From the NCBI GenBank assembly GCA_964548475.1, contig CAZJRF010000001.1:1-43091 (forward strand): 43,091 bases of DNA. Reading direction: 5' to 3'. Below the pieces are notes generated by a model that ran no database searches, was not told the origin of the DNA, and worked only from the letters and a program-made list of their open reading frames with translations. Origin of the DNA: an uncultured Acidimicrobiia bacterium (GTDB lineage Bacteria > Actinomycetota > Acidimicrobiia > Spongiisociales > UBA11373). Both the position numbers and the translations under genes were made by a program. Below, in pieces: positions 1-10,092 of the stretch (position 1 is the stretch's first letter; each line of letters opens with the position of its first letter).

Positions 1-60
1 GTTCCCTGGCCCACGGGCTTTGCGACGGCCGGGCCGGCCCCGCTCTCGCCCTGCTCGTGA
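1..60 (+). CDS. 3' end of an unidentified CDS that begins upstream of the window
   Basis: Frame 1 is open from base 1 to TGA at 58-60. That stop overlaps the GTG (57-59) of the next ORF as GTGA, the same junction seen at seven other gene boundaries here. Only 19 codons are visible, so the product is unknown. Confidence 0.3.
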   Translation, partial: VPWPTGFATAGPAPLSPCS

Positions 61-1223
61 CCGATCCGGAGCCATGGGAGAGGGTGGAGCGGGCACTGGC
101 GGGTAGAGGGCGACGCCGGGCACGGGCGGCGCTCCTCTATGAAGAGCTGATGCGGGCGCCGGCTCACCGCGACGTGCTGTACGACTACCTGCGCCGCCGG
201 GCGATCGGCTTGCTCGCCCGGGCCTCCCGGGACGACCGGGCCTCCAACTTCGGGTGGGGGCTGGCTTCGGTGTGGTACTCCGGGCTGCGGGCCTTCGAGG
301 CGACCGGCCAGCGCCGGTTCCTGGGCCTGCTCGCCTCCACCTTCGACAAGGTGTTGGAGCAACGCGACTGCGTGCTCGGCGTGGAAGATGAGTGCCGGGG
401 AGGGGCGGGGAGGGGCTGGGGCAGCACCCGGTTTGTGCGCGGGCGGTACACGGCGAGCATCACCACCACCGGGCGCATCTCCTATCCGATCCTGCTCTTC
501 TGCCGTTTGACGGCGGAAAGCCGCGGATTGGAGCGGGCGTTCGGGGAGCGAGCGGCGCGCTTCCTGCCGGCCGTCGAGGAAGCCTTGGCCGACCTGGACG
601 GTGACTTCGTGACGGTGGGGGATGAGGGGTACTACCACGGGCCCGCCTCCCCGGACGCGGAGCCGCTGAACCACACGGCCTGGGCCGGCGCCGCCTACCT
701 GGCCCTGCACGAGCTGACGGGCCGCCCCGAGCACCGGGAACGGGCCGTCGGGCTGGCGCGCTTCTTGCTGGCGTCGATGTACGACGACGGGGCCGGGCAC
801 CCCGTCTGGGACTATGCCCCGGATCCGGATACTCATCGAGGGCAGTCGCCGGAGCGCCTCTGGAAGGCGCAGGTGACCATTCGGTTCATTGCGGCCGCCA
901 CCGCCGCCGGTTCGGTGTTCACCGATGAGCACCTGCAGGCGGTGGGTTCCACCCTTGAGGACAACGTCTTCCTTCCCGGAAGGCGCATCAACACCCGGAT
1001 CGACCGGGTAGCCGAGCCCTTCGAGACCTTCCGGGGGGTGGTGCACGGCGGCTACGGCGGGCTGATCGGCCTGGTCGAAGCCGAAGATTTCTGTCCCGGG
1101 CTGCGCGAGCGCATATCCGAGGTGGTGGCCACCCGGCCCGAGGTGGGCGGGTGGCTGGGGAGCGACGCGGCCGCGATGGGCTACGCCCGCCTGCTGCGGC
1201 CTCCGCCGGCTGCAGATCTCTGA
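57..1223 (+). CDS. hypothetical protein (388 aa), family not recognised
   Basis: Long ORF from the track with protein-like composition (W/Y/H/D-rich C-terminal half, e.g. HPVWDYAPDPD). It is coupled to the upstream ORF by GTGA. I recognise no diagnostic motif. Confidence 0.6.
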   Translation: MTDPEPWERVERALAGRGRRRARAALLYEELMRAPAHRDVLYDYLRRRAIGLLARASRDDRASNFGWGLASVWYSGLRAFEATGQRRFLGLLASTFDKVLEQRDCVLGVEDECRGGAGRGWGSTRFVRGRYTASITTTGRISYPILLFCRLTAESRGLERAFGERAARFLPAVEEALADLDGDFVTVGDEGYYHGPASPDAEPLNHTAWAGAAYLALHELTGRPEHRERAVGLARFLLASMYDDGAGHPVWDYAPDPDTHRGQSPERLWKAQVTIRFIAAATAAGSVFTDEHLQAVGSTLEDNVFLPGRRINTRIDRVAEPFETFRGVVHGGYGGLIGLVEAEDFCPGLRERISEVVATRPEVGGWLGSDAAAMGYARLLRPPPAADL

Positions 1224-1288
1224 GCCGGTGCGGGGCCAGCGCCGACGGGCCGGGCGGCATAGCATGCGGTCACCGAGCGGAGAGGTCT

Positions 1289-2344
1289 ATGAGCAAGGTG
1301 GTGCACGTAGTCGGGACCGGGACGATCGGCGAACCGCTGATCGGCCTGCTGGTGGACCATCGGGAGGTCTTCGGTATCGATGAGGTCACCTTCCACAAGC
1401 GCACCCCCAACGCCGAAGAGCGGGCCAAGGTACTGGACCTCATGCGCCGGGGGGCTCGCCTGGCGGTGGACGAGGATCGGCGGGCGGCCTTCGCCGAACT
1501 GGGGCTGGAGGCTTCGCTGGAGACCGGGCAGGCCAGGGCCGGCGCATCGGTGGTGATCGATAGCAGCCCGGCGGGCAACGAGAACAAGGAGAAGTACTAC
1601 GGGGCCCTCACCGGCCCGCTCGGCTTCATGGCCCAGGGCTCGGAGTACGGGTTCGGGAAGATGTACGCGCGGGGGATCAACGACGATGCGCTGGTGCAAG
1701 GTGAGGATCGGTTCCTGCAGATCGTCTCCTGCAACACCCACAACATCTCGGTGCTGGTCCGCTCCATCGCCTTCATCGGGGACACTCCCCACCTGGTGGA
1801 TGGGCGCTTCGTGTGCATGCGCCGGGCCAACGACATCAGCCAGGAGGGGAAGTTCGTGCCCAGCCCGACGGTGGGTCGCCACGACGACCCCCGCTTCGGC
1901 ACTCACCACGCGCGGGACGCCCACGGCGTGTTCGAGACCCTGGGCCACGACCTGGCCTTGTGGTCATCGGCCATCGTTCTCAACAGCCAGTACATGCACG
2001 TGCTCCAGTTCAGCCTCACGCTGGACCACGACATCACCGCGGACGAGGCCATCGACCGCCTGGCCGCTAACCCGCGGGTGGCCCTCACCCGCAAGCGCTC
2101 GGCCAACCGGGTGTTCTCCTTCGGACGCGACCACGGCTACTTCGGGCGGATCCTCAGCCAGACGGTGGTGCCCATTCAGACGATCGCGGTGCGCGACCGG
2201 CGCACGGTGGTCGGCTTCTGCTTCACCCCGCAGGACGGGAACGCCCTGCTCTCGTCGGTGGCCGCCACCCTGTGGTACCTGTACCCGGAGGGGTTCGAGG
2301 AGCGCCTGAACGCGCTCGGTCCGTACCTGTTCCGTGAGGTGTGA
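1289..2344 (+). CDS. class II (archaeal-type) glyceraldehyde-3-phosphate dehydrogenase-like NAD(P)-dependent dehydrogenase
   Basis: ATG at 1289 follows GGAGAGG (1279-1285). The track start at 1151 only adds an Arg/Gly-rich extension overlapping the previous gene. Motifs: VVGTGTIGEP (Rossmann), IVSCNTHN (catalytic Cys motif, archaeal SCNTT), CMRRAND, GTHHARD (archaeal PSHHGPD), YMHVLQFSL. Confidence 0.75.
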   Translation: MSKVVHVVGTGTIGEPLIGLLVDHREVFGIDEVTFHKRTPNAEERAKVLDLMRRGARLAVDEDRRAAFAELGLEASLETGQARAGASVVIDSSPAGNENKEKYYGALTGPLGFMAQGSEYGFGKMYARGINDDALVQGEDRFLQIVSCNTHNISVLVRSIAFIGDTPHLVDGRFVCMRRANDISQEGKFVPSPTVGRHDDPRFGTHHARDAHGVFETLGHDLALWSSAIVLNSQYMHVLQFSLTLDHDITADEAIDRLAANPRVALTRKRSANRVFSFGRDHGYFGRILSQTVVPIQTIAVRDRRTVVGFCFTPQDGNALLSSVAATLWYLYPEGFEERLNALGPYLFREV

Positions 2345-2363
2345 GGAGCCGGGAGGAACGCGT

Positions 2364-2591
2364 TCAGTCGCGGTAGCGCCAGACGATGCGCCCCCGCGAA
2401 GGGTCGTACACCGACAGGTCCAGGTCGACGCGATCGCCGGGCAGGATGCGGATATAGCGGCCCCGCCGCATCTTTCCCGAGGCGCGGGCGAGCACTTCGA
2501 GGCCGCCTTCAATCTGCACGCGGAACATGGCGTTGGGCAGTGTCTCCACCACCGTGCCCTGCACGCGTACCACGTCTTCCTGTTTCGCCAA
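2364..2591 (-). CDS. infA: translation initiation factor IF-1
   Basis: The product [29 protein letters not shown]...[34 protein letters not shown] is a typical IF-1 S1-like domain. I place the start at TTG 2591, preceded by GAGGA about 8 nt upstream, giving 75 aa. The track ATG at 2615 would add 8 atypical residues. Confidence 0.92.
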   Translation of the reverse strand: MAKQEDVVRVQGTVVETLPNAMFRVQIEGGLEVLARASGKMRRGRYIRILPGDRVDLDLSVYDPSRGRIVWRYRD

Positions 2592-2904
2592 GTGGATCCT
2601 CGTCGATCGGGGCAAAACGCGGAAGCCACTGTCGCATGCCGTTTAGCGATTATCAAGGCAGAGGGGCAGGGGGGTGCGGTGGGTTCAAGCCTGCATAACT
2701 TGGCCCCCGTGATGTAATAGGGACATGCGGGAGGCGCCGGCACGGGTCGGTCTTCCCCCACTCCCCCACGCCGTACCGGCGCCACCGCATCCCACTCCTC
2801 TCCTTGCCGGACAGGTCCCCCCCGTTGAGTAAGGTGGAGGGCCGTGACACAATCTCCTATTCGCGTAGTGTCAATCGACCCGGAACTCTGAGGAGCGACC
2901 CCCG

Positions 2905-4311
<1,407 letters not shown>

Positions 4312-4361
4312 GTGGGCCCCCGGCAGGGCTAGCCCGTTGCACCGGCGGTACCATCGTCCCC

Positions 4362-5438
4362 ATGGCGCGTGTGGGCATCGTCGGTCTCCCCAACGTGGGC
4401 AAGACGACCCTCTTCAACGCGCTTACCGGCCTCGAGGTCCACACCGCCCCCCACCCGTTCTCCACGGCGGAGCCGACGGTGGGGGTGGCCCGGGTGCCCG
4501 ACCCGCTGCTGGAGCAGCTGGCGGCGTTGGAGCACCCCGAGAAGACGGTGCACGCCACCCTGGACCTGCTCGACCTGCCCGCCATGGCCCGGCCGGGCTC
4601 TTCCGGCCTGGGCGCCCGCTTCCTGGCCAGGCTGCGGGAGATGGAGGCCCTGGCGGTGGTGCTGCGCTCCTTCGTGGACGAGGGAGTGCCCGACGACGAG
4701 TCGGGCACCGACCCCGTCGAACAGGCGGAGGCCCTGCTGCTGGAGCTGGCCCTGGCCGACCTGGAGGTCTTTGCCCGCAAGGCGGAGAAGATCGTCAAGG
4801 AGGCTTCGGCCGACCCGTCCAAGCGGCCGGCGGCCGCGGCGGTGGCCCGGGCGGTGGAGGTCCTCGACCGGGGGAAGGCGCTGCGCACCGAAGCGTGGGG
4901 TGAGCAGGAGGAGGCGGCCTTCCACGACCTGGCCCCGCTCACCCTGAAGCCGGCGGTGTGGGTGGTCAACGTCGGGGAGGACGATCCATCGGCGGCCGAA
5001 CGGGCGGCAGGAGTGGCGGAAGTGGTGCCCCCCGGCGACGCGGTGGTGGCACTCTCCGCACGCCTGGAGGAGGAGGCTTCCCGCCTCGACCCCGACGAGC
5101 GCAGAGAGCTGCTGGAGGGCCTGGGGCTCGGGGAGGGGGCGCTGGCCCGGGTGGTGCGAGCTACCTACGACGCCCTGGGCCTGGTCACCTTCTACACCGC
5201 CGGCGACAAGGAGGTGCACGCCCGCACGGTGCGGCGGGGTGCACACGCCCGCGAGGCTGCCGGCAAGGTGCACAGCGACATGGAACGGGGCTTCATCCGG
5301 GCGGAGATCGCTCCCATCACCGAAGTGGTGGCGGCGGGCGGATGGGAGGCAGCCAAGGCGGCGGGCCGGGTGAAGGTGGAGGGGCGCGACTACCTGATCA
5401 CCGACGGGGACGTCATGCTGGTGCGGTTCTCGGTATGA
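4362..5438 (+). CDS. ychF: ribosome-binding ATPase YchF (Obg-family P-loop NTPase)
   Basis: N-terminal GIVGLPNVGKTTLFNALT P-loop. The C-terminal TGS-like end (FYTAGDKEVHARTV..., IRAEI..., DYLITDGDVMLVRF) is typical of YchF. Confidence 0.95.
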   Translation: MARVGIVGLPNVGKTTLFNALTGLEVHTAPHPFSTAEPTVGVARVPDPLLEQLAALEHPEKTVHATLDLLDLPAMARPGSSGLGARFLARLREMEALAVVLRSFVDEGVPDDESGTDPVEQAEALLLELALADLEVFARKAEKIVKEASADPSKRPAAAAVARAVEVLDRGKALRTEAWGEQEEAAFHDLAPLTLKPAVWVVNVGEDDPSAAERAAGVAEVVPPGDAVVALSARLEEEASRLDPDERRELLEGLGLGEGALARVVRATYDALGLVTFYTAGDKEVHARTVRRGAHAREAAGKVHSDMERGFIRAEIAPITEVVAAGGWEAAKAAGRVKVEGRDYLITDGDVMLVRFSV

Positions 5439-5472
5439 GCTTGCTCGGGCTTGGCTGCGCCGGCCCCGGAGA

Positions 5473-6810
5473 GTGCAGGTCTCCGTGCAGCTGATCGTGG
5501 TGGGAGCCCGAGGCGTCACCCGGGAACTGGCTCGTCGTCTCGGCCCCATCTGGGATGTGACGGTCGTGGACACGGACCCTGCCTGCCTGGAGGAAGCCCG
5601 GCGGGCCGGTGCCACCGCCACCGTGCTGGGAGACGGGTCCAGCCGGGTGATCCTGGCGCGAGCCGGCCTGGCCGGAGCGGATGCGGTGGTGGCCGCCACC
5701 CCGGACGATGACGTCAACCTGGAGGTGTGCCGGCTCGCCCGGGGAGCCGGGTGCTGGCGGGTGGTCGCCCTGGCGGCGACGCCGGAGCGGCTGGCCGATC
5801 TGCGACGGATGGGGGTGGAGGCCCACGCCATGGCGCTGAGCGCCCGAGAGCTGGAGGCCCTGCTGGATCGCGATGCGGTCTCGACGACCACCCTGGCCGC
5901 GGGCCGCTCGGAGGCAGTGGAGTTGCGCATCGGCGCGGGGAGTCCGGTCAATGGGGTCCCCTTGCGCGCGCTCGCGGGTGTGCCGTGGCTGGTCGTGTCG
6001 ATTCTGCGCGGGGATGAGTTGATCGTGCCGCATGGGGACTCGGTCCTCGCCGAAGGTGACGTGGTGACGGTGGTGGGGGCCGCCTCCGACTACCCGAAGA
6101 TCGTGCGAGCCTTTCTGGCCACCGAGGCACCGTTCCCCCTGGAGTGGGGCCGGGGGGTGACGGTGGCACTGGATGGCAGGTCCGACGTGCCGGTCGTCTG
6201 CGAGGCCCTGGAGCTCGCCCGGGCTACCGGGGGGTCGGCCGCGCTGGTGGTCCATCGCAGCCTGGGGGCGGCGCGCGACGACGCTCACGCCGACGAGTTG
6301 GCGGAAGCGCTCGAGGAGGTGAAGAGGGAGGCGGGGTACATCGAAGTGGGCTGGTACGAGATAGCCGGCCGGCCGGCCCGCTCACTGGCCTCCGTGTTGC
6401 GCGATCGGAGCGTCGGGGTGGTGGTGCTGCCGGCTCCCCGCCCGAACCTGCTGGGGAGATGGCGCGCCCGACGCTCGATCCGGCGGTGTGCCCGGCTGAA
6501 CCGACCGGTGCTGTTCGCCGGGGGTGCCCATCCCTACCGGCGGATCGCGGCCCCGGCCGGGAGGGAAGACACGAGCCGGGTCGGCTCCGCCGTGGCCGAC
6601 CTCGCTGCCGCTACCCGCCTGTCGGTGGTGCCGTTGACCCGGCCGGTGGCTGTGGATACCACCCGACGGGAGGCGGGCGAGGTGCCGGATGCGGGCGACC
6701 TGGTGATCCTGCAGTGGCCGGCGGGGAGTTCGGTCCGTCCGGACGTGCGGATGACCGCTCGGCTGCTCGTCCGGCCGGGATGCTCCGTCCTGCTCATCCC
6801 AGAACTGTGA
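5473..6810 (+). CDS. RCK/TrkA-N + TrkA-C domain protein with C-terminal universal-stress-protein-like region
   Basis: TrkA-N-like LIVVGARGVTRELARRL...AVVAATPDDDVNLEV. TrkA-C-like PWLVVSILRGDELIVPHGDSVLAEGDVVTVVG. The C-terminal half resembles USP-like alpha/beta repeats. It is a paralogue of 8051-9472. GTG 5485 is an alternative start, better spaced from GGAGAG (5468-5473). Confidence 0.8.
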   Translation: MQVSVQLIVVGARGVTRELARRLGPIWDVTVVDTDPACLEEARRAGATATVLGDGSSRVILARAGLAGADAVVAATPDDDVNLEVCRLARGAGCWRVVALAATPERLADLRRMGVEAHAMALSARELEALLDRDAVSTTTLAAGRSEAVELRIGAGSPVNGVPLRALAGVPWLVVSILRGDELIVPHGDSVLAEGDVVTVVGAASDYPKIVRAFLATEAPFPLEWGRGVTVALDGRSDVPVVCEALELARATGGSAALVVHRSLGAARDDAHADELAEALEEVKREAGYIEVGWYEIAGRPARSLASVLRDRSVGVVVLPAPRPNLLGRWRARRSIRRCARLNRPVLFAGGAHPYRRIAAPAGREDTSRVGSAVADLAAATRLSVVPLTRPVAVDTTRREAGEVPDAGDLVILQWPAGSSVRPDVRMTARLLVRPGCSVLLIPEL

Positions 6811-6862
6811 GGCCGGCGGCCCTGCCCCGGCGGCCGTGGCGGGGCGCGCCGCCCTCCGTTGC

Positions 6863-8047
6863 TTACGGGAAGCCGGGACCTTGGGCCGGGTCGGGAGCGG
6901 GCAGCGGCGGGGCCAGCCAGCGGAAGACGATCGGCGCGAGGGTTGAAGTGACCACCGCCAGCGTGATGATCGACGCCTTAAGGAGCTGATCGATAAAGCC
7001 CAGGCGGGCGCCTACCTCGGCGACCGCGATGATCAGGCTGAGCCGGGCGGAGAGTAGTGCTCCCGCCGCGAGCGCCTCCCGCCACGAGTGACGCCGGAGG
7101 ACGAGGGTGAGCGCCGGGATCAGCTTCACCGCCACCGCCAGGCCCAGCAGGCCGAGCATGCTGGCCACCGCCCCCGGCTCCCGCAGGGCGTCGATGTCGA
7201 AGCCGATGCCGACGTTGATGAAGAACACCGGCACCAGGAACCCGAACGCGAACCCGCTCAGCTGCTCGCCGAGCACTCCCCGGTTCCGGAACACCACCGC
7301 GAAGCCCGTGCCGGCCAGGAAGGCCCCGAGGATCCCTTCGATCCCGAAGGCGACCGCCACTCCCACGAACACCAGCATGAGGGCGAGAGTGGCCCTCATC
7401 CCGATCTCCTCGGAGTGGCCCGGCTGGAACAGGTGCTCGAACCACTCCGGCCGCCACCAGGCCAGGCGGCGCAAGGCCAGCAGCGAGCCTCCCATCACCA
7501 CGAAAAAGGCCGGGATGGCCACTGCCGCCCGGGCCGCTCCCTGATCCACGGCCAGCGCATATCCGCTGACCCCGAGGAGGGTGAGCAGATCGGCCAGCAG
7601 GGCCGAGATCAGGATGACCTGGCCGAGGGCGGTCGAGGCGCGGCGGGTAGCCCGCAGGCTGGGCACGACCAGGCCCACCGACGTGGTGGCGAGCACGAAG
7701 GTGAGGAAGACGCCGTGGCCCAGGAGTCGGGCAGAGGCGAGGGCTCCCAGCACGGTCAGGGTGAAGAGGGCTGCACTCCAGAACACGGGCCCCGCCCGGC
7801 GGCGACTGAAAGCGCGCAGGTCCAGTTCGAAGCCCGAGAGGAACATCAGCAAGAGAAATCCCAGATCGGCCAGCACATCCAAATAATGGGCCGGGTCAAT
7901 GATGTGAGTGACCGGACCGATGAGGATGCCGAATACGATCTCGAGGACGATGGCGGGCAGGCGAATGCGGGCGGCGAGAAGCGGGAGGGCGAGCGCCGCG
8001 CCCACAATCACCAGCAGCGCGAAGGTCGCCTGATGGTCGCCGCTCAT
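6863..8047 (-). CDS. cation:proton antiporter (CPA2 / Kef-type Na_H_Exchanger family)
   Basis: A 394-aa polytopic membrane protein. The N-terminus LPAIVLEIVFGILIGP and the overall hydrophobic pattern are typical of CPA2 exchangers. There is no fused KTN/RCK domain. The start lies 3 nt after the stop of the RCK gene at 8051. Confidence 0.85.
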   Translation of the reverse strand: MSGDHQATFALLVIVGAALALPLLAARIRLPAIVLEIVFGILIGPVTHIIDPAHYLDVLADLGFLLLMFLSGFELDLRAFSRRRAGPVFWSAALFTLTVLGALASARLLGHGVFLTFVLATTSVGLVVPSLRATRRASTALGQVILISALLADLLTLLGVSGYALAVDQGAARAAVAIPAFFVVMGGSLLALRRLAWWRPEWFEHLFQPGHSEEIGMRATLALMLVFVGVAVAFGIEGILGAFLAGTGFAVVFRNRGVLGEQLSGFAFGFLVPVFFINVGIGFDIDALREPGAVASMLGLLGLAVAVKLIPALTLVLRRHSWREALAAGALLSARLSLIIAVAEVGARLGFIDQLLKASIITLAVVTSTLAPIVFRWLAPPLPAPDPAQGPGFP

Positions 8048-8050
8048 CGG

Positions 8051-9472
8051 CTAGTGCCTCACCGGAACGACCAGGACGGAGGCGGGCAGCCGCCGCACCA
8101 GGTGGGCGGCGATGCCCGGGCCGAAGAGGCGGGGCCGCCAGCGGGCTCCTAGCACCACCAGGGTCTGCTCATTGCACAAACGGACGAAGAGATGTACCTC
8201 ATTACCTTGCTCTATCTCCCGGCGCACTTCCACGCCATGGGCGGCGGCCTCTATCTGCAGGCGCCCGGCCGTCCGGATCGCACGGTCGCGAGCGTCGTCG
8301 GCGGCGATGAACGCCGGGGGGATAACGGCCAGGCCAACCAGGGGAGAACCGGAGTAGGCGGCGATGTCGATGGCGGCCTCGCCGGCCGCCCGCGCGGCCG
8401 GGGTATCTCGCGCGGGGGCCAGCACCCGACGGTAGGGCAGCGAGCAGCGGGATACGAGCACCGGTACCCGCAGGCGGGCAACCGTCCTCACCAGACGCTT
8501 CACCTGCCGCCTCTGCCGTCCGGCCGGGCCGGTGGGAGCAGGGAAGACCAGGATGCCCGCCTCGGCGGCGGGCAGGCCCTGCCGCAAGGCGTCCTGCGGA
8601 TCGCCGTCGACCGGGATGGCCTCCAGCGGCAATCCCGGCGTCATGGCGCGGGCTTTGTGGATCAACGCGGCGAGGTGCCGATCTCCCTCCGGCCAGCGGT
8701 GCACGATTGCCAGGCCCTGGGCCGCGCTGTGGATGACCAGATGGGCCGCCTCCGCGACCGGGCCTGCCAGGTCGGCCTCGGAATCGAGGGCGACGGCGAC
8801 GCGCGGGCCGTAGTCGGTAGGGAAGCGCGGAATGCCGGAGGTGAAGGCGGAGATCACCTGTTGGCGGGCCGCTTCGTCGCCGACCAGCGTGACCACGTCA
8901 CCAGACTGAAGCATGGTGTCGCCGTGCGGCACTTCCAGACGATCGTCGCGCAGCACACCCACCACCAGCCATCCTTTGAGGTCGAGGGACCGCAGCGGCC
9001 GGCCGCACATGGGGGATCGGGAGACCATCCGCATATCGATGACTTCCAGCCGTTCCCCGGCCAGGCCGGCGGAGAGGAGGCGCTGAGGTTCCAGGGTGCT
9101 GACCAGGCGACGGGCGATGAGACGATCCACCGAGATGGCCGGCGACCCGATGTGCCGGTAGTCCTCCAGGTTCTCCGGGGCGGCGGCCAAGGCCACGCTG
9201 GGCACACCCAACTCCCGGGCGATGCGGCAAGCCTCGAGGTTCAGGTCGTCGTCGCCGGAGGCGGCGAGCAGCACCGACGCCTCCAGCAGCCCTGCTCGTT
9301 CGAGGCTCTCCCGCAGGTTGCCGGTCGCGAGCAAAGTCTGCACCGGGCCGGCCCCGGCGGCTCGCGCCAGCCGCTCCGGGTCGCGATCGACCACGGCGAC
9401 CTCCCACCGTCCGGCGAGTTGGCCCAGCAGCTCGACGATCAGGTCGCCGGCCCCCATCACGACCGTCTTCAT
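8051..9472 (-). CDS. RCK/TrkA-N + TrkA-C domain protein with C-terminal USP-like region
   Basis: MKTVVMGAGDLIVELLG...VLLAASGDDDLNLEACRIA (TrkA-N). WLVVGVLRDDRLEVPHGDTMLQSGDVVTLVG (TrkA-C). USP-like C-terminal half ending VLVVPV. It sits immediately upstream of, and is co-oriented with, the antiporter. Confidence 0.8.
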   Translation of the reverse strand: MKTVVMGAGDLIVELLGQLAGRWEVAVVDRDPERLARAAGAGPVQTLLATGNLRESLERAGLLEASVLLAASGDDDLNLEACRIARELGVPSVALAAAPENLEDYRHIGSPAISVDRLIARRLVSTLEPQRLLSAGLAGERLEVIDMRMVSRSPMCGRPLRSLDLKGWLVVGVLRDDRLEVPHGDTMLQSGDVVTLVGDEAARQQVISAFTSGIPRFPTDYGPRVAVALDSEADLAGPVAEAAHLVIHSAAQGLAIVHRWPEGDRHLAALIHKARAMTPGLPLEAIPVDGDPQDALRQGLPAAEAGILVFPAPTGPAGRQRRQVKRLVRTVARLRVPVLVSRCSLPYRRVLAPARDTPAARAAGEAAIDIAAYSGSPLVGLAVIPPAFIAADDARDRAIRTAGRLQIEAAAHGVEVRREIEQGNEVHLFVRLCNEQTLVVLGARWRPRLFGPGIAAHLVRRLPASVLVVPVRH

Positions 9473-9627
9473 CGTCGATCTCCTGGGGAGGCGGGGGGCA
9501 GGGTGGTCATTGGCGGCCCGTCAGCATGCCCGAGTGTTATAGCAGAGCCACCGGCAGCCCCCGGGAAGGCCGCGCACCGGCTCGGGCCGGCCCGGGTCGA
9601 TAGGCTGGCGACGCGTAAGGAGGCGTC

Positions 9628-10083
9628 GTGCGGGCAGTGGTGCAGCGGGTCTCGTGGGCCCGGGTGCGGGTAGGGGGGGAGACGGTGGGTGAGATCGGCC
9701 CCGGCCTGCTGGTGCTGGTGGGAGCGGCCGCCGGCGACACCTCCGCCGATGCCGCGGCCCTGGCCGAGAAGCTCTCCGGCCTGCGTATTTTCCCTGACGG
9801 CGAGGGGCGGATGAACCGCTCGGTGGCCGAGGCGAGGGGAGCGGTGCTGGTGGTGAGCCAGTTCACCCTCCTGGGCGACCTGCGCCGGGGGCGGCGCCCT
9901 TCTTTCACAGAGGCTGCTCCCCCCGAGGTTGCCGAGCCGCTGGTGGACCGGGTGGTCGAGCACCTGCGCCGCTCCGGGTTACGGTGCGCCACCGGCCGCT
10001 TCCGGGCGCACATGGAAGTGGAGTTGCTCAACGACGGGCCGGTGACCCTGGTGCTCGAGGTGAGCGAGGGCCGGGTGCGTTGA
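9628..10083 (+). CDS. dtd: D-aminoacyl-tRNA deacylase
   Basis: [13 protein letters not shown]...GPGLLVLVG...KLSGLRIF...[12 protein letters not shown]...GRRPSF...[10 protein letters not shown] matches Dtd along its length. AAGGAGG lies upstream of the GTG start. Confidence 0.93.
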   Translation: MRAVVQRVSWARVRVGGETVGEIGPGLLVLVGAAAGDTSADAAALAEKLSGLRIFPDGEGRMNRSVAEARGAVLVVSQFTLLGDLRRGRRPSFTEAAPPEVAEPLVDRVVEHLRRSGLRCATGRFRAHMEVELLNDGPVTLVLEVSEGRVR

Positions 10084-10092
10084 TCGGGCGGC

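Noticed and set aside
2592-2904. The 313-nt divergent spacer between infA and sufB, examined for a SufR-type operator or a riboswitch.
   Set aside because: I saw only a weak 5-bp inverted repeat (GACAC...GTGTC near 2846-2872). There is no sufR gene nearby and no convincing structured element. I treat it as an ordinary divergent promoter region.
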